A stretch of DNA of 64,000 nt, from contig NW_026858123.1 of the NCBI RefSeq assembly GCF_026571515.1, forward strand, positions 124,001-188,000, in the 5' to 3' direction. Source of the DNA: Ruditapes philippinarum. Its lineage: Eukaryota. The translations under genes and the position numbers were made by a program. Under the pieces are notes generated by a model. It worked only from the letters and a program-made list of their open reading frames with translations, did not search any database and was not told where the DNA came from. This document shows positions 52,003 through 64,000 of this stretch, piece after piece (the stretch's first letter is position 1; each line of letters starts with the position of its first letter).

Positions 52003-52490
52003 GAACATGGTGGGGCTAAGAGCGAGGTTTGGTGTACCATTAACCGGTTAAAACTCCCCAGCAGTCATTATTATGCTGCTGACTGTTCCAAGGCGGCGCC
52101 CCTCTGTGTTCCTCAGATGTATGTCTATGTTGTTTCATACTGCTTTGGTGACACGTTTGCTTGTGTCCCTTGTTGTTTTCTCGTCTACGGTAAGTATCTT
52201 CCCCATTACCCCTAGTTTTTATTTCTTTTGATTACCCCCCCCCCTTCCCCCAGTCTCCTGTCCCCTTCCCCTTTGTCTGTGTGGGCCAATAGTCAATCAT
52301 TTATTTGTTTTCTTTGAATTCTTATCAGTTACAAATTATTTATCATTTAGTGATTAACCTGTCCGTGCTCTGTCTTTGCCCTGTCCTGTTTTTGTTTGGG
52401 GTCCGCCTGGGCTCCTTGCCACTAGTTCTTGTTGCTGGGTCATATGGGGGTTGCGTTCATTGAACGCCGCCTTTCCTTGTTGATCTTGTT
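52003..52490 (+). repeat. Unclassified interspersed repeat; its 3' half is related to inserts at about 36424-36665 and 40371-40610
   Basis: Shared 'acggtaagtat', C-rich tract and 'tgaacg..gccttt.ccttgttgatctt'. Confidence 0.5.
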
Positions 52491-52840
52491 TATCATATTT
52501 TACAAATTAGCATAAAGCCTTGTGCAGGGTGGTCATTGATGGAAAATTTTGTATCGATATATCGAGAGACAAATATCGACACTACATTGATATATCTACT
52601 TTGACCGTAGATACAATGAAAAACATTTATATATGTGTTATAAATTGGGATCATGGTGATATGCATGCTTGTATTACACATTGCGAATACTACAAATTGA
52701 TTGATTATTTTTTAATGTCAAACACTACATGTAGTTAATTAACCATCTGGGAAAAATCATGGTAAAAAGTCAAAACCATAAATGAATAAAATAAATTTTC
52801 TATCCCACTGATATGTGTAAAAGTAGTCAGTGAAATGTCA

Positions 52841-53568
52841 CCTTGCATGTACGCATTTACAACTTTATGTGTCTGACCAAAACGTTCCTTGAGTAAATGT
52901 ATAGCTTCTGAATAGTTTCCATGTGTAACATTCAAACCATCAATGACACTGGTAGCATCGTCGAACAATAGAGTTTTCAGATAGCAAAATTTCTGCACCT
53001 CAGATAGTGACATGTTGTTATGTATACTTGATTCGTAACAGTCCCAGAATGTTTGCCACTCCAAAATGTCTCCAGTAAAATTTGGCAATGTAAGCTTCGG
53101 AAGTTTATGAAACTGTGATGCAGACTGAAGTGAAATGTCACTTACGTTATTAGCCGATGTGCTATGATTTCGGTTCCCGGAAGTTCCTTCGGCATTACTG
53201 TGCATGGGTTGTGCGGTCTCATGGTTGTTACTATTTAGGGGCTCCTCAAGTGTGGTATTCTCAAGGGTAATTTGTGGGGAACGGGTGATTTCACAGCAGC
53301 GCGGTGTTGAGCCTCCAAATCTCCAATGCGTAGCCGAACTTCCAGCATATAGTCCTCAGTCTCTAGCATCTCAGTCTTCATGTCTACCTCATCTACCTGC
53401 GACATTATCTCCTCGTTGATCTCTTCCAGCGCCATAAGTTTATTACGTAGAGTAAAGAACGGTAGTAAAGTGCGTATAATCGCCGGCATATTCTTCTAAT
53501 TTGCCAAGTTGACGTGTTATCACAGCCTTATGTACACTTCTTCTCTTCTTAATTCTCAAAATATCCAT
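52841..53568 (-). pseudogene. Second, truncated BEL/Pao gag
   Basis: ATG at 53568 just after the PBS. 52841-53140 is nearly identical to about 58296-58600. Confidence 0.88.
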
Positions 53569-53596
53569 AATTTCTGTTTTTGTCACGGCACCAAAA

Positions 53597-53758
53597 TGTA
53601 AAAGTGGTCAGTGAAATGAGAAGCAACTACTAAAATGATAGTGTTTATTAACGATAAAATAACAATGCAACGGAAATGACGTCGTATGAACTCTTCTTCC
53701 CGCCAACGTAACGTTGTCTGCTTGCCGTTCCCGCTAACGTAACGTCGTCTTTACGACA
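53597..53758 (-). repeat. BEL/Pao LTR (162 bp), central
   Basis: TGTAAAAG...TTTACGACA, flanked by a PPT on one side and a tRNA-His-type PBS on the other. Confidence 0.92.
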
Positions 53759-53792
53759 TCCTCCCAGGCGCAAAATATGGTAACTGTTACAT

Positions 53793-56700
53793 AGTCTCAA
53801 GGGGGTACAGCTTTACAATTGGTCTTGATGTAGTGTGCCCGTTACTGGTGCGAACCATGGCCGCTCGTGTCAATCCATCTTTACCAGTGATCAATTGTTC
53901 AATAGTTCCTAATTTCCACTGTGATTTCGGGGTTTCATCACGAATAATTACTACATCAACGACCTTAATCGTTTGGCTATTGTTCCGTTGTTTTGTGATA
54001 CTGGCGTAATGACGTCAAGTACTCGTGACGCCATCTATCCCGGAAATGACTAATGATCTTTGCCTGTATTCTCGCTTGTTTGGTGATCCCATCTCTTGAA
54101 ACTGGTTTTGGTTCGGATATATCTTCATTGTAAGGCAGGGTTGTCAAACGCCGTCCGTATAGCAAATGAGCTGGTGTAATTGGTTCTGGGTTGGTTGACT
54201 CTGACGTAACGTAAGTCAATGGACGGTCGTTCATGACGCTTTCTACCTCTGTTACGATTGTTTGGAGAGTATCATAAGTGACGTATGCACTACCAAGAAC
54301 CTTTTTGATAGCTGTTTTGGTAAGACCGATTAATCTTTCCCACCAACCACCAAACCAGGGAGCGCGCTAGGGAATAAATCCCCACTCTGTACCATGGTTG
54401 TGTAACGTGTCTTTTACGGAAGTAGAATTCATTAATTTGCTGCTGCTTGAAAAGTTGTTCCGTTATCAGATATCATAACCTTTGGTAGAGATTTTCTGCT
54501 ACTGAATCGCCGACACGCTTGTAAAAATGAAGATTCAGTCATATCTGAGACTACTTCTAGATGAACAGCTCAGGTCGAAGCACAAGTAAAAAGACAAATG
54601 TATGCCTTCTCACTTTTGTTTTTTCCTCGTACATGTAAAGCTCCAGTGAAATCAACTCCAATCACAGTAAAAGGTTGTGTATCTTGAACTCGTATTTTGG
54701 CAAAGGTGGTGGATCTGGCGCTGTTTACGGTCTTCCTGACACTCGGCGGCACTGGTTACACTTCCGAAGTAATTTCTGAATACCACTGGCGTATCGATGG
54801 AATCCAATATTTCTGGCGTATTTGGGTAATAAGTGCACTCGTACCTGCGTGTAAGTGTCTTTCATGGGCGTCTATAATTACAAGTTTCGTCAGTTGGTGG
54901 TTTGCCGGAAGCAGATATGGGAATCGGGTTTGCTCAGCAATAGGGGCGTTATGAATCCTACCACCACAGCGAATGAAGCCATTATTGTCAAGGTATAATT
55001 GTAGTTGCCTAACAAGCGTTTGGTTTTCCTTCCCTTTTATACATTAAACTAGCGCTATATTTTTTTGGGAAAAATTTAAAACCCTACTTCTCTGCCTTTG
55101 CAATTTTTTTTACGTTACGTAAAAAATTACTATTATTTAAATTTTCCCCCAGATCGGGAATGGGTTTAATGAATCTCTATATAGCTCCCCAAGAAGCTTT
55201 GGAACGGGTAAATTTTGATATCCCAAAGAAAATTGTGAACCCCAGGTTTTCATGGGAAAAAGTTATCTCTTGTTCTTCGGAGTAAAACATTTTTACAAAG
55301 CTTTTTGGTTTTCCCGGGACCGACTTCATCAGTTTTTAAACCCAATTTAGACCTTTCTCCCATAATCTTTTCTTTTAGAAAATTTAAATAGCTTTCATTT
55401 TCCCCCTTTTAACCCTGTTTAGCCGGTTTGCTCGGTTTCTGACAAAAATCCACCTTTTTTTTTCTTTAAAATTTATTTTTTCCCGTCACTTATTCGTTCA
55501 AAGGTTTCAAAATTCCGGTTTGGGTGCAGGCCCTAAGAAAAATTTTACGTCAGACCACATTTACGGAAAGCTTTTTTGGGATCGTCTGGGAAAGGGTGCA
55601 AAGTCTTGAAATAACCTTCACCCCTAAGTTCAACCTATAATGTCCCGAGGCTTCAAAAAATGCGAACGTTTCCCTGACATAAAACCGCAGATGGTCAACT
55701 TTAATGTTTTACGATCCATTTGGGCCAAAAGGGCGGACCAAAAAAATGAAAATGAAAATCTAGATGCCCCTGCAGCACTGTTTTTCCTTTACCGGGGGTT
55801 TTAAAAGCAAAAAGCAGTTTCCTTGAATTTTTCTTCTCGGGTATCTGGGTTTGGATTATAAGTTTAAAGGGTTTTTGCAAAGTTATACCATTGGTTTTTT
55901 TAAGGTTCCCTATCTGGTAGGGACGTGTCCCACTCGAACTTTTGCTTCCAAATATCTTGAAGTAGGATTTTTGCACGAACTGTGAGTGGGGTCAGGAAGC
56001 CAAGGGGTCATAAATCTTCGCTGTTTCCTTGAGTATGACACGTTTTGTCATAAATTGGGAAGTAGAAATGGTCTTCTGTGCTAAGAAAATCTGGTCTGAT
56101 ATCGGGTCCCATTTCATTCCAAGGATGTTAGTTATTTATCAGTTTCGGCTACTTCTTCCGCTTCCGCTAGGCTGCGCAGGGAACTGTTGTTAGAGCTCCA
56201 AGACCGTAAGTTAAAACCAGCAGATGTCATCAATTTACGTGTGTTCTGGAAGTAGTCAAGTAGAGTACTCTCGTCAGAAAAACTGGACATCCCGTTATCA
56301 ACATATAAGTCTTTCTTAAGTATTGCACTCACCCAATTATGATCATTGGCACTCAGATGCTTGGTTAAAGTGGCATGAAGTATAAATGGTGAACATGTGG
56401 CACCAAAAAGCACGGACTTGAAACTGTATGTTGTAAGGTAACTATTTGGATCATAAATGTCGTTCAACCATAGAAATCGTGTGACGTCACGATCATTCTC
56501 GTTGCGTTGTATTTAAAGAAAAGCCTTCTCAATATCTGTGCAGACGGCATATCTGTGCTTTCTAAAGTTCACTAAAATACTTGTCAATTCGTTGATCTCA
56601 GGAGGGGTTGATTCAAGGCAATCATTAAGACTCGGTGAATTTTTGTTTTGACGACAACTACAGTCAAACACAATACGGATAGGGGTTGTGGCCGAATGTT

Positions 56701-59010
56701 TCTTAACTCCGTGATGTGGGATAAAGTGCACGGGACGCTCACTTGGTAAAACATTCACTTTCTCTATAAATCCTCTCTTTTCCTGGTCTTTAATTATGCC
56801 GTCGTACTTTTGTAGTAAAGGGGGGTCTTCACGTAGTCGTCGTATGGTGTTCTGAGTTCTTCTTAATGTGATGTTATAGTTGTCGGGTAAATTAGGGTGA
56901 TCAGGTTTCCATGGCAACGAAGCAGTATACTGGTCATTTTCAAAGATCATGCAGTTCTTCTGATAATTATGCAAGTAGTCAGAAGCCTTTTCTTCTGCTG
57001 CGGGTAAAATGCCGATGGATTCCAATTTCCAGAATCGCTCAAGATCATCACAATCTGGTGCAGATGTAATAATATTCATAATGTAGCTCGTAGCTTTACT
57101 TGATGACGTCACCGGAAGTTGCCCGGAAAGAAGAAAACCAATCTTTGACTGGACAGCTGTCGGTCCGTCGCCCCGTATAATATGGTCTCCAATGAATTCC
57201 CAATATCTATCCGCTCCAATTAGTAATGAAATGTTGAATGTGTCAACTTCCGGTACTGGGTGGGCTAGTTTCAAACCTCGTAAATATGGCAAATTTTTGG
57301 CATCTCGTATTTGGTTACGTAAAGGTACAGCAATAGACGGCACAATTAGGACATCAATGGCTATTTTCTCTGAGTTCTCAGTTATCAGGTAAACTGTGGC
57401 GGTTTCAAAATGGCCGACTTTCATGGACTCCGCCCCGAATGCAGCCAGATGGACAACTTCAGACCCGCGTCTCTGTAATTGTAGTGTTTTGGCGAGTTCA
57501 TGAGAAATAAATGAACGCTGCGCTCCTTCGTCAAAAGCACAGGCGTGACCGAAAGTAACCTCAGCATCAGCAGTCTTCAGTAATACGTTGTTTCTACTTT
57601 GTGTTGCAGAATGTAGAATAGCCGATTATGCACTGGAACCGGAAGTAAGATGCGTTGTTGCTTCACTACCGGAAGTAGGGACGAAACTTGGAGCCGATGT
57701 GTTTAGTGAGCTTCCGATACTCTGATCGCAAATGCTTGTATGGTGTTTCCGGTTGCATTTTCTACAACGGTATTTTGAGCGACAGGAAGCAACACTATGC
57801 TTGCCTCAACAGTTGAAACACAGATTCGTGCAATGAATTATGGCTTTTCTCTCCTTAGGATTTATGATGTTTTTACAGTCATTAGCAAAATGTTTGTCAC
57901 TGCAGAATGGACATTGGGGGCGTTGTGGTATTTGTACTTCTTGTATATCTTGAAAACATTTCTTCTTTTGTGTTGGTCTTGTGCTGGTAAGGAAAGATGC
58001 AGTTGCCAAATGTTCATATGTAGTCTATTTTGGCTAGCCTGAATCTATTATATTTATTTCCTTCTTTAACGCTCTCCTTAGTTCCGGAAGTCGCCATTCA
58101 CTCCCGCCATGGTCGCGTGTCATGATTCGCTTGATCACCGCCGGAAGTTTTTCAAGTATGACCGGTATAAGTAAATTTCCAAAGGACTCATGACCTTGAC
58201 CTAGGGACTGTAGACCACGGATATATGCCTCCATCTTTTCTTGAAACGGTCTTAGACTGGACAGTTGGGAAGTTGGTCTAGGTAAATCCAGCAAACCTTG
58301 CATGTACGCATTTACAACTTTATGTGTCTGACCAAAACGTTCCTTGAGTAAATGTATAGCTTCTGAATAGTTTCCATGTGTAACATTCAAACCATCAATG
58401 ACACTGGCAGCTTCGTCGAACAATAGAGTTTTCAGATAGCAAAATTTCTGCACCTCAGATAGTGACATGTTGTTATGTATACTTGATTCGTAACAGTTCC
58501 AGAATGTTTGCCACTCCAAAATGTCTCCAGTAAAATTTGGCAATGTAAGCTTCGGAAGTTTATGAAACTGTGATGCAGACTGAATTGAAATGTCACTTAC
58601 GTTTTAAAATTTGCCATTGCTATTATTTTGGTTCCCAGAAGGGGTGGGGGTTTTATGGGTTTTTACATTTTGGGGGTCCTCAAGGGGGTTTTTTTTTCAA
58701 GATAAAATTTTTGGGGAAGGGGATCTCAACCAGGGGCCCCTGTTGAGCCTAAATCTTTCCAAAAGGGGTATCCGAATTTTCCCCAATAGTCCTCGTCCCG
58801 AGTTTTCGGTCACATGTCTACCCATCTACCCCGCACCAAATCTCCTCGTTGTCTCTTTCCCGCGCCATAAATTTTTTAAAGTACAGTTTCAAAACGGTAA
58901 ATAAAGGGGCGTATTATCCCCGGGAATTTTTTCTTTAAATTTTCCCAAGTTGTTTGTGTTAAACACAGCCTTTTTTAACTTTTTTCTCTTCTTAATTTTT
59001 CAAAATACCA
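53793..59010 (-). pseudogene. BEL/Pao gag-pol, disrupted
   Basis: DUF1759-type gag (FTGDILEWQTFW), CCHC knuckles (CPFCSDKH, CFNC, CRKCNRKHHTSIC), protease (FDEGAQRSFI), RT (PIRIVFD, DIEKAFL, FGATCSPF, YVDN), integrase (GVDFTG, SDNGTTF, PWFGGWWERLIG) and C-terminal RPIVKLYPLE. Confidence 0.92.
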
Positions 59011-59041
59011 TAATTTCTTTTTTTTCACCGGGACCAAAAAA

Positions 59042-59216
59042 TTTAAAAGTGGTCAGTGAAATGAGAAGCAACTACTTTGCGTTGTGTCTAAAATTTTAAT
59101 GTTTATTATTGGTAAAATAACAATGCAACGGAAATGACGTCGTATAAACTCTTCTTCCCGCCAACGTAACGTTGTCTGCTTGCCGTTCCCGCTAACGTAA
59201 CGTCGTCTTTACGACA
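59042..59216 (-). repeat. BEL/Pao 5' LTR
   Basis: Matches 53597-53758 apart from a short internal indel. Confidence 0.9.
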
Positions 59217-59249
59217 ATAGGTAATGCAAGATAAGTTCAAATTATACAC

Positions 59250-62200
59250 CTACTTCTGTCACGTTTTGTAATGAGATCTTTGTTCTTGAGATCCTTCAAT
59301 AGCTCATATGTGTATCACCATTAAATTTTACATTGAACCAAGATGGATAGCCTGGTACCTGAAATATGTAGATGAAACGTTAAATTAACATGAATGGTTT
59401 TTATATATATGAATGTTTATGAAATGCTATAAATTAATAAAAATAATAAAAAGAATGGATATTAAAATTTAACTTAAAATTAATTAAATGAGTCTAGAAA
59501 AAAACCCATATAGGTAAAATTATCATTTTTATTTCAATATTTTAATCTATGACTGTTATATTTCCAGTTATTATCTATGACTTTAAATAATTGTATTTCC
59601 ATCTCAATTTTCATTATGCATTACAATTATGATATTATTCATAAATGATTCTCTAATGGATAACTATGCAATATATCAAAACAATGATGTGCAAAGTAAG
59701 TGAACATATGTATATTAGTGTGATGTCTTTTTATCATAAACATGTTGCATTCATTAATAATGCCACTTCCAATTATCAGTTCATCATAGTCTATCATAAA
59801 ACTTGTTAGTATTTTTGAAGTTTTTTCAAACATCATCATCAATGATGTATTATGTTGTGAGTTTCTTCCAATCACCTGTGCTTTGTGAATTGTCATTTGG
59901 TTTGTTTTCCATGATACCATTGAAACTGTGATTTTAAGGTCATTTATGTCCCTTTTCTATAAAAGAATTAATCTGTGACTGTATTCCATAAGATGTTGGG
60001 TGTGTAATTTAATGCCTTTTTTTCTTCTAAATATGTACCTTTGAAATAACATGTCCTTCAAACCACTCCACTGTGACTGACCATCATCTAGCATGAAGTT
60101 CATGGAAATGTTTCTTCCAACAAGCACTATTTTATCACTGTCATTTGATGGCAATGTTAAAGCACGGTGGATCAGTGCTTTCACATTCGCAAGCAATTGT
60201 GATACAATAAGTGGTTTGCTTTTTCCATTCACTTTTTTGACAATTTATATGCATCTTTATTTCCATTGAGTGTTTGATGTAAAACATTTTGACGAAAATG
60301 TAGCTGAGCTTTCAGTGCCTTCTTCTTATCATTCTCGTTTCTACACAAACAAAAGTTATTGTCTGCCTGTAAGTCTAATTGCCACAATCCCCATTCTATT
60401 ATGTCTTCTGTGTGTTTTTCCAATTTTCTCTCTGAGCAATCTGTCTATATGTCCAAACAATGATTCTGAATATTTGTTGTGCATAGGTACAGCTTTTGTA
60501 CCAGCCTGTATTTCTGATAAACAGCTTGCCCATTTTCCATCTCCAATGTAGTCAGTAAAAATGTTAACCATTAAATTTAAAATTGCAGGCAACATTGATC
60601 GTAGTATTAATGCCACATCACTATTATATTTTGACTGACTAAAATGACATCAGATTTACTTCTATGAATATTTTCATGGTGACGTTATTAATTAATGTAT
60701 CAACCCTAATGCCTTGACACCAGAAAGAAAAAAATCAATATTAACATCATGTTTAACAGAAAGAAGTAATCTGTTTGAGGGTATTCTTTAAAAAATTTTC
60801 TTGCATAAAATACACATAACTTGCATTTTCAAAGAGAATATTGAATCTATTTCCATGATACCGTTGTATGGGCACCCATTTCATTTTGTTTTCTTGCTGA
60901 AAGTGATAAAATGTCCATAAACACCACTCTTGGCATCCCCACCACAAGAAAAAGCTTTACTGGCAGTGCGAATTAATCTCACTGTTCCAGATTCATGTAA
61001 TCTAAAAGCTGAATTATATATTGGCACTTCTTTATCAAAATGACCAGTTTCAATGATTTTTAAACTTTCGCTCGCTGTTTCTGCAATATGTACAAGAGCA
61101 TGGAGTCGACAAAAAATTATTTACTGCTGTTAAAGATTTTTGCTCTCTATCATTTAATAAATCCCAATTTTCTCCCATTTGGTTTTTCAAAATATCTGTC
61201 CTATACGATTGTAAAATGTCATTAAAATTTAACTTGTGTTGCTGCTCTGTCAGACATAGTAAAATTTATATATTTAAAGTAATTGATTTCCTTTTCTCAT
61301 CATCACAATTGTGTCCGATTGTTTCAATATCATTAAGAATATTATCTTATGCTCCCATAGTGTCCTGTCCTGACTTTGTAACAATTTGTCTTAATCCTTA
61401 TGTAAAATATTGCTTGTTTTCCGTTCTTACATGAAAACCTTTTCCCCAAATTTAGACATTTCGTCTGATAACAGACACAAATTTTCCTCATGTGTGTCCT
61501 CAGTACCTCTGCCAAATGTTTTTTGAGGTGATAAGCCTTTCAATATTCATGTTATTAACTGTTGAAACTGAAGGAAGACGATCTGGTTTTATGTTTACTA
61601 ATTTTAAAACTCGAGAAATCACACGAGAAATATTGCTGCTAGTAACATTCATACTTAAAAGGTCAAATACACACTCTTTTGTTTCAGTTTTAAAACAATT
61701 TCTGGAATTGTTAATCATGTTTAAAGTCTTTTCATCATTGTTATTTTCTAAATGTTCGCAATATGATTGGAGGTTATTGTTTTTTTTCTTTAATTCACTA
61801 TTTATTGTTAGTTTTCTCTAATTCACTAATTTCCTTTCTCATAATTTTAATACTTTCCTTTAAATTTTCATATTTTTAAGTCCATTCTTTTGTCTTTGTA
61901 TATATGTCTTTGCGGATCTTAATTGTTTTACTAATCTATTTTTTTCCAATACTTGATTTGAAAGGTATCTTATTCTTTTCTTTTTTTTAATTTTTTCTAT
62001 CACTTTTTGTGCCATTCTCGATTTTGTATTAAGTCTGCTTTTAACATTTTCTTTAAGGTTATGGTTTTCTTTTTGTAAATCAGCATTTTCCTTACAACAT
62101 TTACCAAAATCTTTTGAAAGCCCAATAATGACATTATTGGCAATTTCAAAGTCTTCCGTCTTCAATTTATTTAATTTTTCACAGCATAGAAATGTTTGTT

Positions 62201-62440
62201 TTTAGATTTTTGCAAGTTCTTGTATTGGTTTATTATCTTCACTATTTTCTTTTTTAAACTAAATTTAGTTACATGCTGTTTTGATTTTTCCATTAGTCAT
62301 TTCAAACAAAAGTCTTTCCATCTTTTTTCAAAATTTTTTTATCAGGTCACCAACAGTAATATCCATTTTATTTACCTTTTAATTTTGCTACAAGTAACTC
62401 TCTAACTACTACTGTCACTGTTGCTTTGATATATTTCCTG
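59250..62440 (-). pseudogene. Decayed DDE (hAT-like signature) transposase with N-terminal coiled coil and C-terminal Spin/Ssty Tudor-like domain
   Basis: Motifs in order across frameshifts: coiled coil (61860-62165), LPSVSTV, CLLSDEMSKFG, MSDRAATQVKF, CRLH, GTVRLIRTASKAF, GNRFNILF, PMHNKYSESLFG, ALKAQLHFR. Then LVGRNISMNF..EWFEGHVISK | intron | VPGYPSWFNVKFNGD..TYELLKDLKNKDL. Confidence 0.7.
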
Positions 62441-64000
62441 AAATTTAAAATTTATTTCAACATGCACCATATTTTCAATATTAAATCTAGTGCTAGACAG
62501 TTTTGCCAAGTAATCTTAAAATGCATCAATGAATATATGTTTGGACAAGTGTAATAAAATATGAACCTTGAAGCAGCACCCGTCCAGTTTCATGCTTATT
62601 TTCATGAAAATGTATTTAAAAGTACCAAAAGAATGCAATTTACACATTATCAATGGCACTTACAACCCATGTAAGCTACCAAAAAGAGGTCAAAATATAA
62701 AAAAATCCCCTGACTGCATAATTGACGCAGTAAAAATATAGTAAGACACACCATCTTAATGAGCTACACATGTAAGTCATTTCAAAATCAATCATTGCCT
62801 GTATTAATTATAATAGGGAAATTAAAGCAGACAGATAAAATGCTTTTGTGCCAAACAAACAAGAAACATTCAATTGATTTTCAATAAAGAGGTTATATTT
62901 GTAGTTAAATTAAAATGGCAGAACCCAAATAAAAATGGCTTGGAAATTTGACTGATAGGTATAGAAATATATATATATATATCTAATTTTTAATTGTTTT
63001 TTTTTAATTGTTTTGCATTTTATTTCCTTTCATTTTTATTTTCATCGTCCATTTGTGGTTTGAGGGCACCCCCCTTCCAGGTATAAAGTTGTGACAGGTC
63101 ATTTTCAAGTAATGGGAAGATAAACAATATTAGATAATAGGCAATTAAATATGGCGGACAGTGGTTGCGTTTTTTTCAAATCTGTTGAAGTAAAATTGGA
63201 GAGTTTAGGCTAAATTGTACTCAAAGTGTTTAAAAACGGTTTGTTAGGAATATATTGGAATTTTATAGTGACCTGAAAGGCTTATGAATTAAATATTGTG
63301 TGAAAATGGAGTTAACTTCAGTTGTTTTAGTACTCGTACATAACAATTTTGAAATACTGAGCGAGCGGGAAAGTATGACTAACTAGCTTGGGTTCCAACG
63401 CCTGATGAATCCCAGGCTTTCTCTAACATGTATTTTGAGGGGAAAAAGGGAATTTCAATGCAGCAAAATTGACAGTTCTTTGTTATTTACCCTGAGGCCC
63501 TCTTATCAAAAAGAGAGTGGTATAATGAAAACAGTCCCTCTCAGAGAATACCAATACACAGCATGACTTGAGATTTTCCTCTTCAATAAAAGTATTCTCT
63601 TTATACACAGGATTTTAATATTGAAATCATGAATAAAGTTATCAAATTTATCTATTTTATGAATAATATTTAATTATTTATATCTTTACATCATGACACT
63701 GTTGAATACTAAATTATCACAGTATATTGTTTTAAAATAAATTTATTTATATTCTCTTTTAATATTGAACATGAGGAATTGTGTCTAAGTTATATATTTT
63801 AAAAATAATATTTTAGCTTAAATACAAACCTTTCCTTAATTTGTTTGAGCTTATGAAAAAAATGTTTATATTGATACAAACTAAATTAATTGGGCCAGGA
63901 TTCTCACAATTATTTTCCCATTTGTACACAAGAAAATTGAAATACATGGCCATTGAAAAAAAAAACGTTTAAAACACTTATTTAATCATCCATTGTGGAG

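Larger units (their letters stand above)
52816..59216 (-). mobile_element. BEL/Pao LTR retrotransposon, tandem structure with a shared central LTR
   Basis: LTRs at about 59042-59216 and 53597-53758 (TG...CA), plus a 22-bp LTR end at 52816-52837. PBS TGGTGCCGTGAC; PPT CCTGGGAGGA. Outer flanks ATATG / ATAGG. Confidence 0.9.

Overview
AT-rich, intron-containing animal genomic DNA. The repeat families (tRNA-head SINEs, palindromic MITEs, HINE-like element, BEL/Pao) suggest a bivalve mollusc; this is an inference. Two host genes were rebuilt by hand on the minus strand with GT-AG introns and matching phases. The first is a mucin-like + Sushi/CCP single-pass membrane protein (exons 1700-4819, 5' end unresolved). 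The second is a complete 11-exon THNSL1 (shikimate-kinase-like P-loop fused to threonine synthase, 713 aa, 8050-17983). The rest (about 18.7-64 kb) is transposon debris: MITEs, SINEs, a decayed mariner, three LINE 5'-part fragments, a 3.95-kb tandem duplication, a 2.65-kb long-TIR element, a three-LTR BEL/Pao tandem and a decayed DDE transposase. Best leads: (1) that transposase appears to end in an intron-split Spindlin-type (Spin/Ssty) Tudor domain; (2) distinct LINEs share an in-frame TAG-GA junction between ORF1 and the endonuclease, suggesting stop-codon readthrough. No rRNA, true tRNA or CRISPR array was seen.
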